Shown here one piece after another: positions 1-17,020 of a DNA stretch of 64,000 nt. The notes beneath the pieces are model-generated. The model was not told the DNA's origin. It was given only the letters and a program-made list of their open reading frames with translations, and made no database searches. Origin of the DNA: Chrysomallon squamiferum (Eukaryota; Animalia; Mollusca); contig CM022679.1 of the NCBI GenBank assembly GCA_012295275.1, positions 20,584,001 through 20,648,000 on the forward strand. The letters are read 5' to 3'. The position numbers were made by a program, and so were the translations under genes. Within the stretch, counting starts at the first letter, position 1. Each line of letters starts with the position of its first letter.

Positions 1-529
1 CGTGATGCACATGCACAAATATACTAGCCGACCTAATATAACAGATGTTTCACCGAGTTTCCTAAAGTACTGTAATGTAGTGTGCACAAAATAAATAAAA
101 CACTTAACAGTAACATTTGATGTAATGATAGTATTCTTGTTTGAGTATATCAAACGATAAATTAAATATTATCAAAAGGGCAGACAGTTAGAACCCAATG
201 GACAAATTGTGTGCCTACAAACTATCTGGAGGACAAAATATCCTTGGAGGAATCATCCATTTGACAGACTGTCTAGAAATCAGTGCATTATGCATTTATA
301 AACTTGATTCAATATTTTCTTTATTTGCAAGGCTAGTATGTAAGGGGAAAAAAAAAAAAAAAAAAATTCCATCAACAATGTATTATTTTGAGCAGAAAAT
401 TTTATTATTTTTATTTTTTTAAATAAAATGTAAGAATGATCTGAATTTCCATACATATAAATACATTAGTAATAGTGTATGTATTAGTCACAGCTAAAAA
501 CAGATGTATGAATATTATTATTAACTTAC

Positions 530-751
530 AATGGACACACTAGCTCTTCTCAGCTCTTTGTTTTCTTCTTGTAGCGATTTACATTTTAATTTGTAAGTCT
601 CTAACTCCATCTTTAACACTCTATTTTCTTGCTGGAGAGATTCTATCCTTTTCTGAAGCTGCTCTAACTGGGCTGGTGATGGAGGCTTCATGGTAGAACC
701 GCCATCCATAGAGCTGGTATCGCTCTCAAATTCACTGGCGCTATCCGCCAT
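530..751 (-). CDS. CCDC6: Coiled-coil domain-containing protein 6, first coding exon (74 codons); gene continues leftwards beyond the window
   Basis: Translates [74 protein letters not shown], matching the CCDC6 N-terminus (MADSASESDT...[33 protein letters not shown]). ATG at 751; phase-0 GTAAGT donor immediately after 530. Confidence 0.93.
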
Positions 752-769
752 TGTAGTACAATGGAAACT

Positions 770-1370
770 AATGAACAACGTGCTAACGACTTCTTCGATA
801 TGGATAAATAACCAAATCGCGTGACTTACCGTTGTCAGATATTCAGTGAACTAAGACAATACGAAAGTGTCTATTAAAAAATAATGACAATTTTTTTATA
901 AAATATTCAGTTGTTTGTTTGTCAACAAAATAAATCGACCTTGATGTCGACATGGAAGTAATCGGAAGCAGTAATTGTATTCACAGAACAGAATAATAAA
1001 AAACTCCAGTTATAATAAAATTAATGCAAAGTTTCAAATGACAACGAAAAATAATTTAGATATAACATCAAATGAAACAATTTATAAGGCACTTCTTAAT
1101 GGTGTTATGGAATGTATCTAATTTTAGCCACATAAAATGCAAGGACTGATCCCCTAAGTCCGGAAGTAGAGTTTTACGGGGTGAAAGGTCAATGTTTTAA
1201 GTATTGAAGAATTGCAGCGAATTTTTTGAACTTTTATAATCAAAGCGTTATCGGTTGGTTAACGGAACAAGTTACCACGAGAGATAACTCTAAAACAAAG
1301 TACATTATCTGCATTTTTCTTCCTTTTTAAATAGAGCATCACTCTGTAATAAGCTGTAACCGTGCATGAC
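770..1370. promoter_or_regulatory. Putative bidirectional promoter between CCDC6 (-) and the membrane-protein gene (+)
   Basis: Local CpG enrichment against a CpG-poor background; ETS-type motifs CCGGAAGT (1160-1167), CGGAAG (963-968) and GGAAGT (954-959); divergent gene arrangement. Confidence 0.55.
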
Positions 1371-1599
1371 AATAATTACTTGTTGCAGATTATTATTAGT
1401 TAACGTTTAATTGAAATAAAAAGAGAGAAAAAGAATAAACCAGTTTGTTTATGAATGTGAAGACGATTTCTACACAAACATTATTATTATTTTTAAAAAT
1501 AATGTAATCTTCTTTAATATTCTACTTTCTAGCTTGAAATTTATATCAGTGACATTTGGACAAATCTTCGAAACGTGCCATGACTCGTAAATTCAAATA

Positions 1600-2133
1600 A
1601 AAAATATTTCTTGGAATTTTCCTTTCATTTATTCTTTTGATGCTAGAACAAATATAAAGATATTCATATGAAATCTGACACTGATAGGTCGTTCTTGGCT
1701 TGTCAAATTAACAAATTTATTCTTTTTGAATCATACAGATGATAGTCTCTTGGTTATTTTAAATCAAGGGAGGTAAGTAGAAAGAAAGAAGTTATTATTA
1801 TTATTATTATTTTAATAATAATATATTTCGGCTACAAATGCATTTAAAACAGAAATTGGCGAAATAAGTCATATATTAATAAAATTTTATGATTAAACAG
1901 TTTATAAACTTTTAAAAATAAAAATATAACGTGAACACGTGCATTTTCGAAACCACTTTCTGCTTACCTCCCTTGATTAAGAATGCGCTAATGTGAGCTG
2001 CTAGTGGTCTAAAAAGATAAAACTGGTTAATCTGACAAGCCAGAAACTGTGATATTTTATAACGTGTATCTTATAATCTCATCTAAAATCAGAAGAACAA
2101 ATCTTACCAAAAAATTACTAGGAAAATATCTTT
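1600..2133. repeat. Degenerate long inverted repeat (fold-back/MITE-like remnant)
   Basis: 1762-1784 AATCAAGGGAGGTAAGTAGAAAG is the reverse complement of 1956-1978 at 22/23 positions. Similarity continues outward (TGGCTTGTCAAATTAA near 1696-1711 vs TTAATCTGACAAGCCA near 2027-2042, weaker beyond). Confidence 0.7.
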
Positions 2134-2779
2134 ACGAACAACCACCTCTTTAAGAGATGTTTAAACAAAAAATGGTTAGTTTTTTTGTTGTTTATTTTTA
2201 ATTTTTAAAATTGATTAATTAATTTATTATTATTGTTTTATATCTGTTTTTTATAATAAAACATATTTTAAATATTATTTCACTTAGCTTTTAATGTTAG
2301 TTTCACATTTAATTCATTGCAGTAATTATTTTTAAAATATCGAAATAACATTTGAAAGTGAAACTACTGTTTTTGATAAATCTGAACTTGTAAGTTATAT
2401 GTATATCTATAATGTATTCCTGACTGTCGTAAATTACACACACAAACATCGTTTTAAGAATTCAGTGAAACAAAAATAAAAAATAGAGGAATTTATTTTA
2501 AAATTGAGATTGCATATGTATTACAAATGGGTATGAAATTTGTCATTATTTGATGGTGTTTATCCAATTACAGACTGTATTCAGACTTCAACATTTAAGA
2601 ATTAAATGAAAAGCAAAACAAACTGAAATTATATCCTTTCAATATAATTTTGTTGTTTGTGTGTGGATGTAACTTAAGCATTTGCATCATATGAATTTTT
2701 ACATTTTTTTTAAATATATTTTTTTATCATTGATGATAAATTGAAGTGTGTGACATAAATCTCTTACCACATTTTTCAG

Positions 2780-5700
2780 GATCTGAGCTGGTGGATCCAT
2801 ACTCGAAAACCTGCGGATATTATTAAAAATAATGAGTATTATCTCTACTGTGAGCTGTATCTCTATGTGACAGCTTTTTTAACACTTATACATGGTTAGA
2901 CATTTTTTTTTTAAATCCATGTAAAATAAAACTTTTAAAAATTTGCTTTTGAATTGATCAGATATGTGGTAAAAAAAATAACCCATTCAACACTGGAGTA
3001 AAAGATGCAATGCCTATCTCTTTTGACAATAAACTGAAGATTTTAAATAATGTACTAGGTTTTAAATATATTTTAAAAATAGTAATTTTTATCACTCTTG
3101 TTGAACAATTATAATTTACAGTATAAATATTCTAATTTGGATTTTTAACAAGAACTTTGTAATAATTCATCGCTCATTTATTTCTATCTTTTTTTTTTTT
3201 TTTTTCTTCTCCTCTGTTTTATTATTATTGTCAGTATTATTTTTGTCTTAGTTATCTTTAATGTATAGCAACAAAAATAAAAGAATAGATATATGAATAT
3301 ATTTTCAGCTGTTAGAAAGGGTGGTCGATTTTTTTGGCTATGGATTGCCTCTTTGCTTAATGGCATTGTACTGGAATGTTTGAGTTACTATATGCCTGAA
3401 ATAGATAATTTCTGGCATTCTCAAAGCATGGTTATGCTGATTGGACAACGGTTACCATTACATATAATTCTTCTCTGTAAGTAATGTGTGTTAAAAAATA
3501 TTTTCATAGTTTTTATATTTAAATATCATGCAAATTAGTTGAATATACAAACTTAGGGAAATGAAAACATGAAAAAAAAACTTTAAAATGTTTTAAAAAC
3601 CTTAAAAATCAACAGATTCTTTTTTATGTGAAATCTCGTTTAAATTAAAATCAGGAATTTTTAGCAGTTGTTATTGATTTTGACAATATGTATTATATAT
3701 TATTTAGATAAATTATGGTCATTTGTTTGTTTCTGAAAGGTATGCTAATTTTTTATAATTTTATTCTATTTTCAGTTCAGATCTATAGAAAAACAAAAAC
3801 AATCAAACAGACTCTAATCATCAGAAATTTCGATTAAATGTATTTACATATTAATTTACATGTTTTATATATTTAACTGTTTAATCTTCCATTATTAATT
3901 ACAGATCCAACACTTTACTACATTGCTTCGGTGGCTGTTTCACATATGAATTTGAGATGGTGGGCAGAGCCATTTGCTGGCAAGTTTCCATTTATTTAAC
4001 TCTTTTAATATGCATGCATACACATACATAGACATACATAGACATACATACATACATAGGTGTACAAACACAAACCTTCAGGCACACACATTCAACAGTA
4101 GATATGTTAACCATTTTTTTCCTTTGTGGCAAATACTCTGTTTCACTGCTACTCAGTATCATTGTAGCTTCTTTATTTAACCCAGATGACTTAATTTTTA
4201 TTTACTCCTCTGTTATTAAATTTATTATTATTATTATTATCAATTATGTTTTGAATCTGCTGCCTTTAATTTGTTGACCTACATTAATAAAAACCTTGTT
4301 TAGATTATATTAATAATTGTATGCATGTTGAATGAGCTGTCAACACTGTGTTTACTTAAGCATATCCCTTAGGACTCAGTTTCTGTTTTCCAGCATTTTC
4401 TATTGTCTGGCAATAGCCAGGTCCCAATAGTACCAGATGTATGAGGTTCAATCAGTATTGTTGTGTCATGTCATGTCATATATCATATTGTATTGTAATT
4501 GCATTACATTATGATTACATTTCTTAAATTATTATTTTTATTATTATCATTATTATTACATTTCTAAAATTATTATTTTTATTTTTACCATTATCATTAC
4601 ATTTCTTAAATTATTATTTTTATTATTGTCATTATTATTACTGTTTCAGTTGGACTTAGTGTTGTTCTGTTGGATGTTCCTTATGATATCATGGGGATAA
4701 AACTGCTCTGGTGGACATGGCACGACGATGATCCCAATATTTTTGACCGACACTACTCAGTTCCTTGGACCAGTTATTACTTCCACGCTGCCTCTGCTGC
4801 TGGTTTCACCTTTGTCTTCCATGGACTGCGCAGTTTTTGTAGTCAGCCATACAAGTTTCAGTCCTCAGGGTAATTAAGTTTTATTCTTATTTTGAACATT
4901 TTGGTGCATGAAGCACTAGAAAATTGTCTAAATAAACAAGTTTTTAAAATAATTGTCGTGTTTGATGTTGAAATTGTAAATTATATATGGTATGATGTAG
5001 GGATTGATGTTTAATAAAACACATGTTATCTTTTTGTTGTTGAAAAGAAGGAATAAGAAAATACCCACAAACCTCACATTACTTTAAATAAAAAATTATG
5101 AAAATAAAAACATTACCAACTTTTTATTATTAATTTCTGGTGTATTACGTTAAAACATATAACAATAGTAATAATAATAATATCCACAAAACATGTATAA
5201 GTATACTTCAAATAAAACAAAATAAAAACAAAACAACAAACAAACAACCCTCACCTGCACAAAATTTATTGAAATGTTATTTCAGTTTTATTTCAGAGCT
5301 AATTGTTGCAGTAATGACCAGTGTTCTCACTATGCCATGTACAGTGATTCAGTTTCTGTCTGTGTACCATCCTCTACACGACATGTTTCACATCCACAGT
5401 GAGATCTGTGTGTTTTTGTTTCTCACTGCTTTTCTTCTCATTGTGTGGAGTGCAGACAGGGTGCCATTCCAAGAAGCCAGGATTCCTAAAGGTAAGAAAT
5501 CTTTCTTGTGTTTCCCGAATGTTTTCTTAGATTGAAGAAATTGCAAATTAATCATATTTATGCTTGTTGCTCTCATTTAGGAACCACTGCTGTCCATCAT
5601 TACATCTTTATATTCATTTTCAACACACTGCATTCTATTTATTTTCCTTTTGAAATTATTTACTGTTAAATAAGAGGTGTTTAGTTCAGATGTAAGGAAG

Positions 5701-7097
5701 TAGCTTCAGTATATATTTTTTAACAGACTTTTACTTCAAGCAAGTCTTTGCATATACCACATATTGCTTAATGTGAGATACTTTTTAGTGAAAGCCGTCA
5801 TTTGGATCTGTTCCACAATTTAATTTTTTTTGAAAAATACATTTTTTAACATAGTGACAGATGTGTTTGATCATCCTGCTGCATTTTTGTCGCTAAATTA
5901 GGTTTTGTTATGTTGTTATTTTTTCACCATCATTTATGGGTCATTTTATGTTAAAAGACTGAATGAATCTGTTTCATGTTTTTTTCTCATTTTTCTTTCT
6001 TTACAGACCTTTTTATCTAAAATAATTATCTTTTACTTTGATTAAAATTAATTTGTAATTATTAAACATTTTTTTGTTTTTTTTTGTCCTATACATTTAC
6101 TTTTATTTATTATAATCACAATTATATATTTTATATAAATATGTGAATTAATTTTTAAAATCTTATTTGCAGCTAGATTCAATGAAATAACACTGGCAGT
6201 TTTACTTCATTATGGCCTGTACATTTATTTGGTTATTGTATCCAGACCAGAAAAACTACGTTCTATTGGTTTTCATCAGCCTGTAGGATCTTGTTCAGCC
6301 AATATAATTACTTTCCAGACACCATATGGATCTGTAAGCTGAAATATTTACATAGTCAATTTTATTTTTATCAAAATTCAAATTAGTTGTCAGATAATCT
6401 CAGCTTTTCGTTTCATTTTTAAAAAATAAATTATACTGATACTAATTAATCATGGCTTCTAAAATATTGATATGTGATTTAATGTTAAATCTGTTTTTGC
6501 TACTTCTTTTTTTCTTTTTTTCCACCTATTTCTTCTATAAAACATTCTAAGTATCATTACTTCAGTGATTTCAAAAATCATAATTCACTGCCAGTTTGTT
6601 AGCTTAAAGCATTCAGCTTGTGTGGAATTTGAAAAAGTTTTGATTACTTTTGGATTTTAAGTGAAAAAAAAAAGACAGAAGGTAACAGCACAATCAGTAA
6701 CCAATTTAAAACAGCAAAATTGGAATAAAATTTAAAAGTACTGCTTCTGCAATTTTTTCCTGCCTAGCATTAAAATAGTTTGTTTCTTGTTTAAAGTTTT
6801 TTTAATAATGAAATTTTAATTTTTTTTTTTTTTTTTTTCCAGCTTACAAAACATAAATATCTGTGCCTTGATAAATATTCTGAAGACTACTTTGATTTCC
6901 ACTGTGTGAAAAAGCCTCCTGAAACCAAACAAGAATGGTATACAATCTGTGGAACTCCTTTTATAAACCATTTGGAATACATCATTGTCGTTTCAGCATT
7001 TTGTGTTGTTGGCATATTTTGGTATTGGCAGCTTTTGTTTCGATCAGGTCCTCTTCCAAAGTCCAAGATCTCTCACAAGAAGTTGCACAGAGAATAG
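2780..7097 (+). CDS. Conserved uncharacterised multi-pass membrane protein (DUF7802-like); join(2780..2894,3309..3476,3905..3979,4650..4869,5286..5491,6173..6333,6843..7097), 399 aa plus unresolved N-terminus
   Basis: Seven exons join in frame (1200 nt, TAG stop at 7095-7097): DLSWWIHTRKP...AVRKGGRFFWLW...DNFWHSQSMVMLIGQRLPLHIILLYP...WAEPFAVGLSVVLLDVPYDIMGIKLLWWTWHDDDPNIFDRHYSVPWTSYYFHA...GFHQPVGSC...KYLCLDKYSEDYFDFHC...WYTICGTPF...KKLHRE. All introns are GT-AG except one GC-AG. The family name is from recollection. Confidence 0.85.
4510..4640. repeat. ~40-bp AT-rich tandem repeat, 3 copies (intronic)
   Basis: ATTACATTTCTTAAATTATTATTTTTATT... repeated three times just upstream of the 4650 acceptor. 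Confidence 0.7.
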
Positions 7098-7230
7098 TTT
7101 TTGTAAAAATTAACATTTTGAAATCTTTCCTACCTTTGTTAACGTACTTATCTGAAGTTATGACTTATATTGTTTGTTTTACATTAGTAGAGGTTAGACA
7201 ATTTTAAAAATCATGATTTAAATCTGAAGT

Positions 7231-7267
7231 AATAAAATTTTCCTCAGATATAAAATGTGTTGTTTTC
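7231..7267 (+). terminator. Candidate polyadenylation signal of the membrane-protein gene
   Basis: AATAAA at 7231-7236, ~130 nt after the stop, followed by a GT/T-rich tract (TGTGTTGTTTTC, 7256-7267). Confidence 0.4.
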
Positions 7268-7984
7268 AAAATGTACTTTCTGATGTTTTTTTTTTTTTTT
7301 GTTATTGTTTTTTGTGGGGGAGGGTGTATGGGATTAGTTTTCTAAAACTGTAGTTTACACAATGATGGGTGTTTACTTGTTTTTTGGTATGAAATTATTT
7401 TCTAATTACATTTTTTAATTTTAATTTTTTTTTTTTTTTTTTTTTTTTAATCTAACAAGCTTTTATTTTATTTTTCCCCTCCCTATTGATTTGTTTTTCA
7501 GTAATAAATATATTGCAATACTGCCATTAAAATTGTGCAATTGCTTTGCTTTCTTTGAATCATATTTCACTGTTCATATATACTAACATTTTCTATTTAT
7601 CTTAGAAATCATTTAACAATAAAAGAGTAAAACGTGGAACCATGTTTTGTATTTTATTAAATAGATATCACAGTAACTCTTACATTTTTTCTTTCTTCGT
7701 TAAATTCTGCAACCACTGTACAAATTATTTATTTACTTTATTCAGTGTCATATGTGAAAAAAAAAAAATGTTGTCCCCAGTGATCCAAAGTTTTCCTGTT
7801 AAAGAAGGAATTAGAAATACTTTATGGATAATGTGAAACATCGTTTTTCATCCTGTAATTCTTTCATACAAATGGAAATAATTACTTAAAACAGTTTCAT
7901 TATATTTATTACATTGGTTACCTGGAGACTCCACAAAATCTGTGGTATTTGATATGGTATGTACAGCAGAAGAGAAATGCAAAA

Positions 7985-8028
<44 letters not shown>

Positions 8029-9193
8029 AAACAGACACACACACACACACATACAAAATTTTAACAATTTAAAAAAAAAAAATTCTTGATAAATCATAAA
8101 TATATATTTGCTCACAAATTAAAAAAGATAAAGATTCTTATAATAAGGTTTAACTGAGAATAATAAAATAATCCTTAGGAAATGAGATAAAATAACAATA
8201 AAAAAACCCCTAAATTATGTATCCAAGACCATTTTTTGTGATATGTATTCTTCTATATAGCAGCACATATAAAAGAAATTATATAAAAAGAGATGATAAA
8301 AGCACAAATGCTGCTAAAAATGGCTTAAATAAAAGAATTAACAAATTTGTTTGCTCAACAGAACTATGAAACAAACAGTACAGTAAACAATATTTTATAT
8401 ACCTCTAAGTAAACAATATTTTATATACCTCTAATTTATACAATCTGTAAATAAGCATTATGGAAAAAAAAAAAAAAAAGCAAAAAGACTTATAGAACGA
8501 TAGCAAATATTCATTAATATCTGGAAATGAAAAATAAGATTTGAAATGTTGCCTAGAATACTGCATAGTATGGGTACAGAGCCAAATTTAAATCCACAGA
8601 CTGATGCAGAATGTGTGTTCAGAAATTAAAATATTGGGTACAGACATATAATAAACTGGACATACAATACCTTTTTATTAAGAACGTTTTTAAATCAGGA
8701 TAAGATTATGTTACATGTATATTACTATATTATTAGTTATAATGTAGCTTTTAATCACGCTGTAATGTATTACATTTCAAAATCACAGCAAGTCCATAAA
8801 AACAAACAGACCTAATCTGCAATCAGTTTCATTAAATGTAAAATAGATTATTTTCAAAAATAAACAAACATAACAGACAGGTCAGCAGCAAATTCTAACA
8901 AGCTTTAGGCTGTGCCTTACTGTATTAGGAGGATAAAATACATTCTGAAACAAAATTAAAACAAAAATTCATTCACACATAATGAAGGAACTAAATTACA
9001 AATGGTTTTGAAGATTTCAAATTGGCTATTTAATGAATATATTAGTATTCTAATAACATTAATTACAAAACAAACCTTTTTAATAATAATAATAAAATGC
9101 TACAACAGTAATACTATTTTCTTAAAGGTCTAAGTAATTGTAATCACTTCAAAAATTAGTAATCACTAACTGTCTTAATTAACTATTGTAATA

Positions 9194-9630
9194 CAGGCTG
9201 AGGATCCCTTATCCAAAATTCTAAAATCAATAAGTTTTTCCAAGCAGCAAAAATAGTGATATTGTATTGTTTTTGTATCGTTTTGCTAACAAACTTTATC
9301 TTACAAATTATTAAATACTAATTATTCAAAAATATTATTTAAAAAATTTGTGTCATCTGTACATGAAATATGAATGGAATTCATATTTAGGCTTAGAGCT
9401 TAATGTTAGGCAATCTTAATATACAACAGGGGCACTAAAGCGTTATTGAGGACAGAGTTTATCTGCTGTATAAAACTCATACTGTTGTGTGGAGGAACCC
9501 GCCTTCCTTAAATCCTTGCAGTCTAATTCACACTGATTAGATATGTCACTGCAGAAATTTTTAATTTAAAAATATAGTAAAGCACTGTTTTAGCACTATA
9601 AATATGCAAAATTATTAAAAGTCCAATTTT
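9194..9630 (+). mobile_element. Degraded Tc1/mariner (pogo/Tigger-like) non-autonomous element remnant next to the HIF1AN stop codon
   Basis: TA|CAGGCTGAGGATCCCTTATCCAAAATT at 9192-9220 resembles Tigger4/Zombi-type termini as recalled. Internal TACATGAAATATGAATGGAATTCATATTTAGGCTT and TATGCAAAATT segments are also similar. The right terminus is not recognisable. Confidence 0.45.
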
Positions 9631-9700
9631 ACATCATGTGGATGGCACAATCATGTATACATATTAGAAAATTCTCTTAGCAGTATATCTGATCTCCATT

Positions 9701-15467
<5,767 letters not shown>

Positions 15468-15780
15468 GATTTCGACTCAATGAGAATTAATTGCGAACAT
15501 TTTAGCGTATAATAAAACAAGTCAAATTATAAAGTTTAAGAACGTTTTAGATGATGAAATAATAACTGTTGTAAATATAAAACAAATACGTACTCGGATT
15601 CACCATATATTATAAGGACGTAATTTTAAAATGTCTCAACAGATTAATATTACAGATGTCTCCCTTCGCTCCCGCTTATTAATGCCTTGGTTACATTGCA
15701 TCAGTGAAACTGGACGCATATTTTATGTACAGGTATTTGCATGGACGTCGTTAGCTCGGGAAAAGTTTCATGGAGATAAA
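15468..15780 (-). promoter_or_regulatory. Putative HIF1AN proximal promoter / 5' UTR
   Basis: CpG-enriched stretch directly upstream of the ATG, contrasting with the CpG-depleted gene body. Confidence 0.45.
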
Positions 15781-15877
15781 TGAAGAATATACTGAAAAAA
15801 ACCCCACCTATGTTTAATTCATGTGTAAATAACTTCTTTGCATTATATTATAGCACTAACGTTTATATCCTCTAGAA

Positions 15878-17020
15878 CAGTGGTTCTCAAACTTTTTGAA
15901 GTCGGGGCACATTTGAAGCCTTACAAAAACTTGCGGGCACACTACACACAAAAATGCTAAGAAATATAATGCAAAATGTAAAAAATGCAGAAATAACTGA
16001 AAGAAGGATATTGCGGCTGAATCGGTTGCGGAGCAGGCTGCTGAGGTATTCTATCTTCATTGTCTACATCTGTCAGATTCTTCATTTCGCGTGTAAAGTT
16101 CTCGTCTGGAATCTGTACCATTTGTTTTTCTTCTGTGAGAGATGTTCACTGATATATTTAGAGTTACCGCCCATCTGTGAGAGATGTTCACTGATATATT
16201 TAGAGTTGCCGCCCTTGTGTGAGAGATGTTCACTGATATATTTAGAGTTGCCGCCCTTGTGTGAGAGATGTTCACTGATATATTTAGAGTTACCGCCCTT
16301 GTGTGAGAGATGTTCACTGATATATTTAGAGTTACCGCCCTTGTGTAAGAGATGTTCACTGATATATTTAGAGTTATGAGATGTTTTATTTAGAGTTACC
16401 GCCCTTGTGTGAGAGATGTTCACTGCTATATTTAGAGTTACCGCCCTTGTGTGAGAGATGTTCACTGATATATTTAGAGTTACCTCCCTTGTGTGAGAGA
16501 TGTTCCTTGCTGTATTTAGAGTTACCTCCCTTGTGTGAGAGATGTTCACTGAGATATGTTACCGCCTTTGTGTGAGAGATGTTCACTGATATATTTAGAA
16601 TTACCGCCCTTATGTGAGTAAAACTTCTCATGGCGCGAAACCTTTATTCATCATCTATTTTGTGCTGATGAGAATTATGAGCCTGACGTGTCTTGGCAAT
16701 TTCTTCAAAAATATTATAATATGAAATAAAAAGCAATGGACTGTTAAAATGTTCAAAAAAACTGTACAAAGACTATATTTTTAATGGTGTGCATTGTGCC
16801 GCCTTGCCCATCAGCCAAAACTCGTTTCGAACGAGTTTACAACGTGTATAAAATGTTCTTCCGGGCAACCGGCTATTTCTTACTAAATATCTTTCTGCCC
16901 CTAAACAATCAATTTTTTATCATCACAAATATCTACCTAGATCCTAGAATTTCGTGGGGCACAACTAAGCATTTCTCCTGGCGTACTGGTGCGCCCGGGC
17001 ACACCCTTTGAGAGCCGCTG
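15878..17020. mobile_element. Non-autonomous hAT (Charlie-type) DNA transposon, 1143 bp
   Basis: TIRs CAGTGGTTCTCAAA (15878-15891) and TTTGAGAGCCGCTG (17007-17020). 8-bp TSD CTCTAGAA / ATCTAGAA (7/8), fitting the NTCTAGAN hAT-Charlie target consensus. Subterminal GGGCACA repeats at both ends. No intact transposase. Confidence 0.9.
16134..16617. repeat. 42-bp minisatellite (~12 units, some truncated) inside the hAT element
   Basis: Unit TGTGAGAGATGTTCACTGATATATTTAGAGTTACCGCCCTTG repeated head-to-tail without spacers. Confidence 0.95.

Noticed and set aside
752-778. N-terminal extension MFISFHCTT of CCDC6
   Set aside because: The conserved start is MADSASE at 751; the upstream start is a non-ATG ORF-caller artefact.
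16134-16617. CRISPR-like array
   Set aside because: Units are contiguous with no unique spacers, there are no cas genes, and the context is eukaryotic; it is a minisatellite inside a hAT element.
15954-16631. Repeat-containing ORFs (141, 100, 155, 64 and 81 aa) as real proteins
   Set aside because: By-products of a 3n tandem repeat within a non-autonomous transposon; frames break at truncated units.
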